Source: Planctomycetota bacterium (GTDB lineage Bacteria > Planctomycetota > UBA8108 > SXIK01). From it: DNA of 64,000 nt. The DNA lies in contig CBDCXR010000004.1 in the NCBI GenBank assembly GCA_965223845.1, forward strand, positions 6,912,001-6,976,000, in the 5' to 3' direction. A program made the translations under genes and the position numbers. Positions 34,878 through 44,324 of the stretch are shown here, in pieces; the first letter of the stretch is position 1; every line of letters begins with the position of its first letter. The notes under the pieces were generated by a model, which was given only the letters and a program-made list of their open reading frames with translations, searched no databases and was not told the origin of the DNA.

Positions 34878-37010
34878 CTAACGCGTCCGGCACCCGACCG
34901 GCGTGGCGCAGCCGAGTTTGAGATCCTCGGTGGTCCCGCTGATCGCGCACTCGCCGAAGGGGTGCGGCGGCGGGGGGCCGCCCCCGAAGGCGTAGTTGAG
35001 CAGGTAGATCGCGTCCGAGATCGCGTCGAGCTCGCCGCTTCCGTTCGAGTCGCAGGCCGCGGGACACTCCGGGGCCGGACCGCCAAGGAATGCGTAGCCG
35101 AGCGTGAAGATCGCATCGGCGATGTTGACCGACCCGTCGCCGTTGCAATCGCCTCGGGCGAACACGACGAACGGGAAGGGCCGAACGACTTGATCGAGCT
35201 TGACGACTCGGAGTACGGAGTCGCGCTCCGGTCCGAGGGGAATGTGATTCACGTTTCGGGTCGATCGCACGACCATGCGATCGCCGTCGAGCGCGACGAC
35301 GTCGCCCGGGAAGCCGAGGTCGCTCGTGACGTCCGTCGAGAGGTCGTGAATGAAGAGGGACGCATCCTCGAGATCGCCGTCGCCGGTCAGGTCCTGCCCG
35401 CGGAACTGTTCGTTTTGCTCGGCGACGATCCAGCGTCCTTCTCCGAGCGCGTCGACCGGTCCCAACATCCCCGAAGGAAGAAGCGACCCGGTCGCGAGAT
35501 GGAGGGTGAAGTGCACCCAGTCACGGGCATCGCCGTCACCGTTGAGATCGCGTCCACCGTGGGCTTCACGCGCGACCACGCTCGCCCAGTGATCGCTCAG
35601 GATTCGACTCGACCCAGCGACGCCGGGCCGGACTTGCCGACCCGAGGCGAGATCGAGGAACACGGAGACGAAATCGAGCTGGTCGCCGTCGCCGTTCTCG
35701 TCGCTCTCATGCTGTTCCTCGGAGACTTCGACTCGCAGCCAGCGGCCGAAGATCTGTGCGTGACCGCCCGGTAGCCCGGTGTTTCGAACTTCTCCCGCAT
35801 CGGCATCGAACACGTGGACGACCAGATCACTTCGGTCGCGGTCTGCGTTGAGGTCGGCTCCCTGAGCAGATTCGCTCACGTGGATCGGGGTGTATCGCGG
35901 GACGTCGTCCCTGCCGCAGACCGAAGCGCCGCCCGCGTGGTGCAGTTCGCAGGGCGGCGCGTCTCCGACGCGAACCGCCGCAATTTCGAGGGAGCGCGAC
36001 TCGAGCGTCTCGAGGTGCAGCGCGTGGAGGGCGGTGCTTTCAGGCGGGAAGTAGAGGAGGTGGTTTCCGGCGAATCCAAAGAGCTCCTTCCCCCCGAGTC
36101 GACGGGTCGTTCCGGCTTCCAGATCGCGCAGATGAAGCACGTGATCGTCGGCGAATCCGTCCCCGTCGAGATCGATTCCCCCGTGATCGCGCTCGGAGAC
36201 CTCCTCGACGAGGAATCCCTGAGAGAGGGGAGGGCGGCCGTCTCCCGCGTAAACTGCGAGGCCCAGATTCTCGAGCTCACCGCGCTCGAGATCGAAGACG
36301 TGATCGACGTGATCGAGTCGGTCTCCGTCTCCGTTCAGGTCGCGTTCGGCGCTCGCCTCCGCGACACGAACGACCAGCCAGCGACCGTCGAGCCACGAAC
36401 GTGCACCGGCGAACGGAACGATTCGTGTCGCGCCCGTGTCGAGATCGAGCACGAGCAACACCTCGTCGTCTTCGTCGCGGTCTTCGTTCAGGTCTCGGCT
36501 TTGGTGCTCCTCGGCGACGCGGAGCACGACCCAGCGTCCGAGTTGGCGAGCCTCCGGCGAATCGGAGCCCGGACGGTGGACCGCAACGCCGGTGTTCCGG
36601 ATCTCACCCGCCTCGATGGCGAGGTGATGGAGCACCGTATCGCGGCGATCGCCGTCGCCGTTCAGGTCCTCTCCCTGATCGGACTCGTACACGTAGAACG
36701 CGAGTCCGTCACCGTGGACGGGGCCGCTCACTGCCGCGAGACCGGTGCGTCGCTCCTCGAACGACGTGAGATGAAAGAGCTCGAGGACCGCATCGTCCCG
36801 ATCCCCGTCGCCGTTCAGATCGGTGGAGAGTCGCTCGCTGCGGGAGAAGATGAACCAGTCGCCGTGCAGGTCCGCGTGGTCGGCGTCGAAGTCGATGTAC
36901 GGCCCAGGGACGACGATCGCCGCGACGGGGGCAAAGAACATCGCTGCTCCGAGGGGTAGAAAGAACCTCGTCGCGAAGACGATCCGGAGCGTAGATGAGG
37001 TGCGCTTCAT
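34878..37010 (-). CDS. Secreted protein with nine DLNGDGD-x-x-D calcium-blade repeats and a dockerin-like tag
   Basis: Signal peptide. Repeats spaced about 50 aa apart (DLNGDGDRDD, DLNGDGDRRD, DLNEDRDEDD, DLNGDGDRLD, DLDGDGFADD, DLNADRDRSD, DENGDGDQLD, DLNGDGDARD, DLTGDGDLED). C-terminal FARGDCNGDGSVNIADAI. Confidence 0.8.
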   Translation of the reverse strand: MKRTSSTLRIVFATRFFLPLGAAMFFAPVAAIVVPGPYIDFDADHADLHGDWFIFSRSERLSTDLNGDGDRDDAVLELFHLTSFEERRTGLAAVSGPVHGDGLAFYVYESDQGEDLNGDGDRRDTVLHHLAIEAGEIRNTGVAVHRPGSDSPEARQLGRWVVLRVAEEHQSRDLNEDRDEDDEVLLVLDLDTGATRIVPFAGARSWLDGRWLVVRVAEASAERDLNGDGDRLDHVDHVFDLERGELENLGLAVYAGDGRPPLSQGFLVEEVSERDHGGIDLDGDGFADDHVLHLRDLEAGTTRRLGGKELFGFAGNHLLYFPPESTALHALHLETLESRSLEIAAVRVGDAPPCELHHAGGASVCGRDDVPRYTPIHVSESAQGADLNADRDRSDLVVHVFDADAGEVRNTGLPGGHAQIFGRWLRVEVSEEQHESDENGDGDQLDFVSVFLDLASGRQVRPGVAGSSRILSDHWASVVAREAHGGRDLNGDGDARDWVHFTLHLATGSLLPSGMLGPVDALGEGRWIVAEQNEQFRGQDLTGDGDLEDASLFIHDLSTDVTSDLGFPGDVVALDGDRMVVRSTRNVNHIPLGPERDSVLRVVKLDQVVRPFPFVVFARGDCNGDGSVNIADAIFTLGYAFLGGPAPECPAACDSNGSGELDAISDAIYLLNYAFGGGPPPPHPFGECAISGTTEDLKLGCATPVGCRTR

Positions 37011-37213
37011 GGTCGGAGCCTCGAGCCGGGGGACGAAACGATCGAGCCGGGGAACAGGACGCGAACGTCGGTCGCTTTCCCGGTCCTCCGGCCACTAGTG
37101 CGGAAAGCGGCCGCCGAACCGGTCACGGCTTCAGCGGATTTTTTCCGACTCGGCCGAGGGCCGATTGCCGACAATGAAGTTCGTTTCGGAGCACGACTGG
37201 GAGTCGAGAATCG

Positions 37214-37798
37214 ATGGCGCATCCTCCTTCGCGCGATGTCACGCAGCTCTTACGAGCCTGGGGCGACGGCGACGAGTCCGCGGCCGGCGACCTCGTTCCG
37301 CTCGTCTACGACGAGCTCCACCGGCTCGCGAAGTCGTACCGCCGACGGGAGCGCACGGACCTCGTGCTTCAGACGACGGCGATCATCAACGAGGCCTACA
37401 TCCGTCTGGTGGATGCGCGCGCGGCGGGGTGGCAGAGTCGTCGTCACTTCTACGCCACCGCGGCGCGCGTGATGCGCCGGATCCTCGTCGACCTCGCGCG
37501 AGAACGCGACAGCGCGAAGCGAGGGAAGGGCGTTCGGTCGTTGCCGCTCGACGCGGGCTGCGCGGTCGCTCCGGAGCGAGACGCAAGTCTGCTGGAGCTC
37601 GATGAAGCTCTCGAAAGTCTCGCCGAGCTCGACGAGAGAAAAGGTCGTGTCGTCGAGCTCCGTTTTTTTGGCGGACTCACCGAGGAGGAGGTGGCGAAGG
37701 TGCTCGAGGTGTCCCCCGAGACGATCCGCCGCGACTGGCGGTTCGCGAAATCCTGGCTGCAGCGCTATCTGAGCGAGAGCCGGCCGAATGAACCCTGA
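37214..37798 (+). CDS. ECF sigma-70 factor, kinase-associated (TIGR02999-like)
   Basis: DVTQLLRAW, PLVYDELHRLA, LQTTAIINEAYIRL, MRRILVDLAR, VELRFFGGL and RDWRFAKSWL. Confidence 0.93.
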   Translation: MAHPPSRDVTQLLRAWGDGDESAAGDLVPLVYDELHRLAKSYRRRERTDLVLQTTAIINEAYIRLVDARAAGWQSRRHFYATAARVMRRILVDLARERDSAKRGKGVRSLPLDAGCAVAPERDASLLELDEALESLAELDERKGRVVELRFFGGLTEEEVAKVLEVSPETIRRDWRFAKSWLQRYLSESRPNEP

Positions 37799-40700
37799 GC
37801 GGTGGGCGAGAGTCGAGGAGCTCTATCACGCCGCGCTCGAGCTCGATCCGACGAAGCGAGACGCGTATCTCGCTGAGGCGTGCGGCGACGACGCGGCGCT
37901 ACGCCGCGAGGTGGTCGAGCTCCTCTTTCACGATAGCGACGGAGATTCGCTCTTCGAGGCCCCCGCGATTCACGTCGCCGCGCGCTACTTTCTGGAATCT
38001 GAAGACGGCGGGAGTGGCGCCGGAGAGAGAGCGGGCGACGCTGACACCGCGCCGGCGCGACGCGCTCCCCTTCCGATCGCCCCCGGCGAGACGATCTCCC
38101 ACTACCGGGTTCGCGAGCACCTGGGCGACGGCGGCATGGGCATCGTGTACCGCGCCACCGATTCCCGCCTCGGGCGAGATGTTGCGCTGAAGCTACTCCC
38201 CGAAGGCTTCGCGCGCGATTCCGGCCGCATGCGTCGCTTCGAGCGTGAAGCCCGCACCGCGTCAGCGCTCAATCATCCGCACATCTGTACGATCCACGAC
38301 TGGGACGAACACGAGGGCTCACCGTTCATCGTGATGGAGCTCGTCGACGGTCGCACCCTTCGCGACATGATCGACGCCACTGCACCGTTCGACACTCTCC
38401 TCCGCTACGCCGCAGACGTCGCCAAGGCGCTCCGCGCCGCTCACGACGCCGGCATCGTTCATCGCGACGTCAAGCCGGAGAACATCATGGTGCGTCGCGA
38501 CGGAATCGTGAAGGTCCTAGACTTCGGCTTGGCTCGACCGGTGGCCGAGAGGTCGCGTTCGAGTCACGACGACGGGCGGAGTCCACCGCTCGATTCGAGG
38601 GGCACGGCGGCGACGGACGCCGGGACGATTCTCGGCACCGTGCGCTACATGTCTCCCGAGCAGACGCGCGGCGAGCCCGCCAGCGTCGCGAGTGACATCT
38701 TCGCGTTCGGAATCGTCCTCTACGAGATGGTGGCTCGAGTCCATCCCTTCAAGGCAGAGACGCAGCGCTCCACGCTCGACGCGATTCGCCGCTGCTCGAT
38801 CGGTCCGCCGTCGCAGCGATTTCCCGGCGCGCCGCTTTCGCTCGACGACTTGATCGTATCGATGCTGGCGAAGGATCCCTCGGCGCGACCGACGGCGTCG
38901 GAAGTCGCGGAGAAGCTCGATTCACTCGCCGCGCTTCTTCCCCGCGTTCGCGAGCCGTCCGCCGGACGCGCTCCGCGGCGTACGGTCGGACGGCAGACCG
39001 AGCTCGCTCGACTCCACGCCGCGTTTGGCAGCGCGGCGTCCGGCAACGGGGAGTTCGTCGCGGTCGTCGGCGAACCGGGAATCGGCAAGACGACGCTCGT
39101 CGGCGAGTTCCTGCGTGACGTCGGCGCGGTCTCGGCCCGAGGGCGGTGTTCGGAGCGTCTCGCCGGATCGGAAGCGTATCTGCCGATCCTCGAGCTCCTC
39201 GACGATCTCGTCCGGAGCGACGGGCACGGTCTTGTGGAGCCCGCTTTGGCCGCGGCGGCCCCGTCCTGGTGGGCGGAGATCGCGCCGGCGACGGATGAAA
39301 AGTCCCCGCGCGCCGAGTCGAGCGCGAGCGTAATCGCCGTCTCGCAGGAGCGACTGAAACGAGAGTTTGTCGCGTTCCTCGCGGAGTTGCTGCGCACCCA
39401 TCCACTGGTCCTTTTCATCGACGATCTCCATTGGTCGGATCTTTCGACCGTCGACCTCCTCTCGTACGTCGGCACTCGGTTGCGCGACCTACGACTCCTC
39501 GTCGTCGTGACGTATCGACCGACCGAAATGCGAGTCCGCCAGCATCCCTTTCTGGCGATCCAATCGGAGCTGCAAGGACGCGGAGTTTGTCACGAGTTGT
39601 CCCTCGGTTTTCTCCGTCACGAAGATGTCCGGCACTACCTCGAGATCGAGTTCCCCGATCACCGCGTTCCCGAGGAGCTCGTGGATATCATTCTCGAGCG
39701 GACGGAGGGAAACGCCCTCTTCATGGTCGATCTGGTCGAGCACCTTCGCGAACGGAGCATGCTCGTCGAAGAGGGGGACGCGTGGATTCTCGATCGATCG
39801 CGCGTCCGCCTCGAGCACGAGCTCCCCGAATCGACGCGCGGAATGATTCAGCGAAAGAGCGAGCAGCTCGGTGAGGACGAGCGTCATCTGCTTTCCCTCG
39901 CGAGCGTGCAGGGGTACGAGTTCGACACCGCGGTCCTCGCTCGCGCACTCGGGTCGGATCCCGCCGAGATCGAGGAGAGATTGGCCGAGCTCGAGCGAGT
40001 CCACGGTTTCGTCGAGCGAGAATCAGAGCGGGAGCTTCCCGACGGAACTCTCACCGTCCGCTACCGGTTCGTCCACGTTCTGTATCAGAACTTGCTTCAT
40101 TCGGAGCTTCAGCCGTCTCGGCGCGTGTCGTGGAGTGCGGCGGTGGCGGAGGCTCTCGCTCGGTTCCACGAACGGCAAGCTACGGGCGTTGCCCACGAGC
40201 TCGCGGTGCTTCTCGAAGCGGCTCGCGAATTCGACCGTGCCGCCGAGCAGTTTCTGCTCGCGGCGAAGCACGCGCTCGACGTTTTCGCCTACCGCGAGGC
40301 CTCCCTCCTTGCCGAGAGGGGACTCGGCGCACTCGGTCGAAGCGCGGAGGGAGGTGGACGGGAGAGCCTTCGGTTGATCCTCCGGCTCGTTCTCAGCACC
40401 GCTCTCACGGCCGCAAAGGGCTACGCGGCGCCCGATACGGCGGCGAGCTGGACGACGACACGCCGGCTAGCGGAAGAGATGGGAGAGAAGCGACTCGCCT
40501 ATCTGGGTACCTTCGGCCTCGGCGTGGGGCACATGGTGGCGGACGAGCTCGGCGCCGCGCGCAGATCCGCCGATCGCTTGCTCGAGATGGCCGCCGAGCT
40601 CGACGACCCCGTACTCGAGATGGGCGGCCACTCGCTCAAGGGCTACGCGGTCGAGTTCATGGGCGAGTTCGACTTGGCGCGAACGCATCTCGAGCGAGCG

Positions 40701-41528
40701 AGCGCACTTCACGATCCACAGCAGCACGGCGCGTACTATTCGTTCTTCGGATACGATCCCGGCGCATTCGCCGAGATCGAGAGGAGCCGTGTGCTCGCCG
40801 CGCTCGGGTTCCTCGACCAGGCGAAGCGTCGACTCGATGAAGCGTTCGCGTGGGCACGGGCCTTCGGCCATCCGCAGACGGTCTCGAACTCGTACCACAA
40901 CGCCGTGATCGTCCACTGCCTCCGCGGCGAGCACCATCGCGTGAAGGAGCTCGCCGAAGCGGGTCTCGCTTATTGCGAGGAGTACGGAATCGCGAATGAT
41001 CGCGGCTGGCTCATCGTCACGCATGGCGCGGCTCTCGTCGCTCTCGGGCGGGCCGAGGAAGGGATCACCGAGATGCGAGACGCGATCGCGGCGCTGCGCG
41101 CAATGCGGGCGGAGGTCGTGTTCTCGTACTACCTCGGTCTTCTCGGCGACGGGCTCTTTCGGTGCGGACGAATTCGCGAAGCCGACGAGGTGGTCGCCGA
41201 GGCGCTCGCGATCGTGAACGAGAGGGACGATCACTTTTACGAGGCCGAATTGCTGCGTCTTCGCGGAGAGCTACTTCTCGCCCGGTCCACGACAAATCGA
41301 GCTGCGGCGAAGGAATGGTTCGGGCGAGCCATGGCCGTCGCTGGGCGTCAGGAGTCGAGGCTGTTCGAGCTTCGCGCCGCGGTGAGTGAAGCTCGAGTTC
41401 TCTGCGACGAGAGGGATCGCGACGGCGCTCGGTCGGTTCTCGCTCCGCGCTTCAAATGGTTCACCGAGGGATTCGATACCGCGGATCTCTCCGCGGCGAA
41501 GGGCTTGCTCGACGCCCTGGAGTCGTAG
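37788..41528 (+). CDS. Ser/Thr kinase - AAA_16/STAND ATPase - TPR fusion protein
   Basis: Overlaps the sigma stop. N-terminal ERWARVEELYHAAL; kinase motifs GDGGMG, HRDVKPEN and DFGLA; Walker A GEPGIGKT; Walker B FIDDLHW; TEGNALF; C-terminal TPR ending WFTEGFDTADL. Confidence 0.92.
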   Translation: MNPERWARVEELYHAALELDPTKRDAYLAEACGDDAALRREVVELLFHDSDGDSLFEAPAIHVAARYFLESEDGGSGAGERAGDADTAPARRAPLPIAPGETISHYRVREHLGDGGMGIVYRATDSRLGRDVALKLLPEGFARDSGRMRRFEREARTASALNHPHICTIHDWDEHEGSPFIVMELVDGRTLRDMIDATAPFDTLLRYAADVAKALRAAHDAGIVHRDVKPENIMVRRDGIVKVLDFGLARPVAERSRSSHDDGRSPPLDSRGTAATDAGTILGTVRYMSPEQTRGEPASVASDIFAFGIVLYEMVARVHPFKAETQRSTLDAIRRCSIGPPSQRFPGAPLSLDDLIVSMLAKDPSARPTASEVAEKLDSLAALLPRVREPSAGRAPRRTVGRQTELARLHAAFGSAASGNGEFVAVVGEPGIGKTTLVGEFLRDVGAVSARGRCSERLAGSEAYLPILELLDDLVRSDGHGLVEPALAAAAPSWWAEIAPATDEKSPRAESSASVIAVSQERLKREFVAFLAELLRTHPLVLFIDDLHWSDLSTVDLLSYVGTRLRDLRLLVVVTYRPTEMRVRQHPFLAIQSELQGRGVCHELSLGFLRHEDVRHYLEIEFPDHRVPEELVDIILERTEGNALFMVDLVEHLRERSMLVEEGDAWILDRSRVRLEHELPESTRGMIQRKSEQLGEDERHLLSLASVQGYEFDTAVLARALGSDPAEIEERLAELERVHGFVERESERELPDGTLTVRYRFVHVLYQNLLHSELQPSRRVSWSAAVAEALARFHERQATGVAHELAVLLEAAREFDRAAEQFLLAAKHALDVFAYREASLLAERGLGALGRSAEGGGRESLRLILRLVLSTALTAAKGYAAPDTAASWTTTRRLAEEMGEKRLAYLGTFGLGVGHMVADELGAARRSADRLLEMAAELDDPVLEMGGHSLKGYAVEFMGEFDLARTHLERASALHDPQQHGAYYSFFGYDPGAFAEIERSRVLAALGFLDQAKRRLDEAFAWARAFGHPQTVSNSYHNAVIVHCLRGEHHRVKELAEAGLAYCEEYGIANDRGWLIVTHGAALVALGRAEEGITEMRDAIAALRAMRAEVVFSYYLGLLGDGLFRCGRIREADEVVAEALAIVNERDDHFYEAELLRLRGELLLARSTTNRAAAKEWFGRAMAVAGRQESRLFELRAAVSEARVLCDERDRDGARSVLAPRFKWFTEGFDTADLSAAKGLLDALES

Positions 41529-41584
41529 CGCGGTCCTCGACGAGAGCCGCTCCGCGCGGGGTCGAGCGAGCCGCCGCTCGGGCG

Positions 41585-42880
41585 TCAGAATCGCAGACCG
41601 GTGTCGTCCGGTACGGCCACGGCTTCGACGGTGATCGACCGTCGCCCGAGTTGCCCCTCGCCGTAGGCGGCCACGGCGAACGAGTACTTCCGTCCCGGCA
41701 CCAGGTTCCCGACGGTGTAGGTGAGCGCAGCGCCGGCGTCCGTGTCGATCGTGTGCTCGCCGTCGTCGTCTGCCCCGAAGATGCGGTAGCCGTCGACGAC
41801 CATCGGCCGACCGTCGCCGTCGGCGATGACCGGATCCCAACGGAGGATCACGATGCCGGTGGTTCGGGGAGCGGTTCGCGGCGCGACGAGAGTCAGCTTC
41901 TCGTCGCTCCCCTGCGGGCTCGGCTCCGTGCCGCCTCGCTTGTCGTCGCCTGCACCGAGCGGAGCGGTCTCCGTGGGTACGGTGTCGACCGAGATCGTGT
42001 GCGCCGTTGAAGCGGCGCCCCCGTCCCGCGACGGCGTTCCGTCGAGAGTTGGACTCGCCGCGCTGTCGGTGTCGTCGGGCGCTGCATCGTGATCCGCAAA
42101 GAGTGGACTCGCCGAGCGAGCGGTGAGCCCACTGCCGTCCGGTTGTGAACCGTTTCCCGGCGAAGCGGGGATCGTCGGCGGCGAATCGAGCTCGAGGACG
42201 GTCGGGCGACGCGGTTCATCTTCGCTCCTCGAGCCGATCGGCGCGGCGTCGATCGCCGGAGCCGAGGTCGGCCAGAGATCGGCGACGACACCGCGGGCGG
42301 CGTTTCGCACGAGCTTGTTCCGAACTTGGGCGAGCGATTCGACCGTTCGTCGCACGCCTTTCGCCGAGCTCGCGCGCTCTCCCGACGCCCCGATGAGGCG
42401 GAGCGCTTGGAGCACCTGGTCGGTGCGCTTGCTCTCGAGGCGTGCCGCGAGAGACGGCGGAACGGAGTCCGCGCAAGCGACGAAGGCGCGCTCGACGGAT
42501 CGTCTCGCTTCGCGATCGGGATCGTCGAGTCGTGCGACGATCGCCTCGCTCGCTCGTGCCGCCCGCGGGCCGAGGGTCTCGAGATTCCGCGCACTCATAC
42601 GACGGACGTACGGATTGCGGTCGTGGAGACAATCGACGAGGAGCTCGACCACACGATCGATCGTCGCCGCGTCCACTTTGTCTTCGCCTTCGAGAACGGC
42701 GAGTCGCTGGATTCCGGTGAGCGCGCGCCACCGTTCCTGCGATGTTCCGTTGGAAATCTGGTGGAGGTAATGGGCGAACCACTCCTGGTCCGTCCTCGGT
42801 TCGGGCTGCTGGACGCAACCGACGAAGATCGCCGCGGAAACGATCGCCGCAGCCGTGCGGAAGATCGAGAGATGAGCCAT
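41585..42880 (-). CDS. Lipoprotein with HEAT repeats, P/S/T linker and C-terminal FN3 domain
   Basis: Lipobox IFVG-C after ATG 42880. HEAT-like LHDRNPYVRRMSARNL and LDDPDREARRSV; FN3-like LRWDP...GYRI...NLVPGRKYSFAVAAY. Confidence 0.75.
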   Translation of the reverse strand: MAHLSIFRTAAAIVSAAIFVGCVQQPEPRTDQEWFAHYLHQISNGTSQERWRALTGIQRLAVLEGEDKVDAATIDRVVELLVDCLHDRNPYVRRMSARNLETLGPRAARASEAIVARLDDPDREARRSVERAFVACADSVPPSLAARLESKRTDQVLQALRLIGASGERASSAKGVRRTVESLAQVRNKLVRNAARGVVADLWPTSAPAIDAAPIGSRSEDEPRRPTVLELDSPPTIPASPGNGSQPDGSGLTARSASPLFADHDAAPDDTDSAASPTLDGTPSRDGGAASTAHTISVDTVPTETAPLGAGDDKRGGTEPSPQGSDEKLTLVAPRTAPRTTGIVILRWDPVIADGDGRPMVVDGYRIFGADDDGEHTIDTDAGAALTYTVGNLVPGRKYSFAVAAYGEGQLGRRSITVEAVAVPDDTGLRF

Positions 42881-43275
42881 TCGGTGCGCTCCTGGTGTCG
42901 TAGCGAATGAGGGGGGCGGGCGCTGCGAGCGCGAACCTTCGACGAGACGAAACGCCAGCCCGGCGCGAATCCCGACCCGACCGTCGCCTCGGTCGAACCC
43001 GATTCGATCGACGATCGGTGCCCCTCCGAGTGCGTGCAACTCGCGTGCTCAAACGGCGGAGAACGGCTCCCGCCGGGCGATCTCTTTCCCCTCGATCGCG
43101 GACCGATCAGTATACCACCGCTTTCGCGTCCTCCATGGGGGTCGTCACGCCCGGCGCGGTGGGGCTCGGAAGTCCAAGCGTTGGATTCTCGGGCGCGATT
43201 TGGTACTCGGGAGGGGCCGCCCGCGATTTCGGCGGACCGGCCGTGCGCGATTCCTTTGGTAGAGAGGAGAACGGT

Positions 43276-43788
43276 GTGTCGAGGCGAACCCTGTTCGAAG
43301 GCCGATACCTTCGCTTCGTCGACTCGGATACTTGGGAGTATGTCGAGCGACTCGGATCGAGCGGAATCGTGCTCATCCTCGCCGTGACCGACGACGGGCG
43401 GATCCTTCTCGTCGAGCAGATGCGTCCGGCGGTCGGGACGTCCGTGATCGAGCTGCCGGCGGGCCTCGCGGGTGATCTCGTCGGGCGGGAGGACGAGGAG
43501 TTCGAAACCGCCGCGCGTCGCGAGCTCCTCGAGGAGACCGGATATGCGGCGCGAGAGTTCGAGTTGCTCGCGAGCGGAGTGCCGTCGGCCGGAGCCACTT
43601 CCGAGCGCGTGCACCTCTATCGCGCGTCGGGGCTCACCCGCGAGGGGCCGGGCGGCGGTGACCGCACGGAAGAGATCGCGGTGCACGAGGTGCCCGTCGA
43701 TGGACTCCTCGAGTGGCTCGAGGAACAGCGCCGGAGCGGGAAGGAAATCGACTTCAAGATCTATTGCGGGCTCTACTTCATCCGTTGA
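43276..43788 (+). CDS. NUDIX hydrolase (ADP-ribose pyrophosphatase-like)
   Basis: GAGGAG SD before GTG 43276. Nudix box ELPAGL...AARRELLEETGY and upstream LVEQMRP. Confidence 0.9.
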   Translation: MSRRTLFEGRYLRFVDSDTWEYVERLGSSGIVLILAVTDDGRILLVEQMRPAVGTSVIELPAGLAGDLVGREDEEFETAARRELLEETGYAAREFELLASGVPSAGATSERVHLYRASGLTREGPGGGDRTEEIAVHEVPVDGLLEWLEEQRRSGKEIDFKIYCGLYFIR

Positions 43789-43842
43789 GGCTTCGCCGGC
43801 GCACGGCGATCGAGTGCGAGCACACGCACGAAAGGAGCGGGA

Positions 43843-44286
43843 ATGACCGATGCGGAACGACTCGAGCATGTCCGCGCGCAGCTTCGGCAAGACGTGAGCC
43901 CGGAGCTCTACCGCGAGATCCTCGCCTTGTGGAAGGCGCATTCGATCGCCGAGGATGCGCGCGACATCCCCGGACTCATCGCGACGCTGACGCCGGACTG
44001 CGTGTACGAGCTCGCGACGACGGGCGATACGTGGCGCGGTCACGAGGGCGCGGAAGCGTTCTACCGCGGATTCTTGGGGGCGTTTCCCGACGTGAAGTTT
44101 CACCTGACCGACATCGTTATCGGCCCGCAGGGGGTCTTCGAGGAGGCGATCGCCCGCGGCACGCACGAAGGCGAGTGGGCGGGCCGGGCACCGAGCGGGA
44201 AGCTCGAGGAGTTCCGCGTCCTCATCCTCTTTCCGTGGGATGCGGACGCGCGGCTCTTTCGGGGAGAGCGCATCTATACCTTCTAG
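43843..44286 (+). CDS. SnoaL/NTF2-like ester cyclase family protein
   Basis: AAGGAG SD. Motifs GAEAFYRGFLGAFPD and GTHEGEWAGRAPSGK. Confidence 0.85.
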   Translation: MTDAERLEHVRAQLRQDVSPELYREILALWKAHSIAEDARDIPGLIATLTPDCVYELATTGDTWRGHEGAEAFYRGFLGAFPDVKFHLTDIVIGPQGVFEEAIARGTHEGEWAGRAPSGKLEEFRVLILFPWDADARLFRGERIYTF

Positions 44287-44324
44287 GCTCGAGTTCCGTT
44301 CGGACGGTTCGAGAACGCGTTTCG

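Noticed and set aside
19366-37010. Cellulosome
   Set aside because: The dockerin-like domains are on non-CAZyme propeller-type proteins and no cohesin or scaffoldin is visible.
37788-41528. Avs-type antiphage STAND defence system
   Set aside because: The architecture and coupling to an ECF sigma match signalling kinases. There is no nuclease, TIR or SIR2 effector and no defence-island context.
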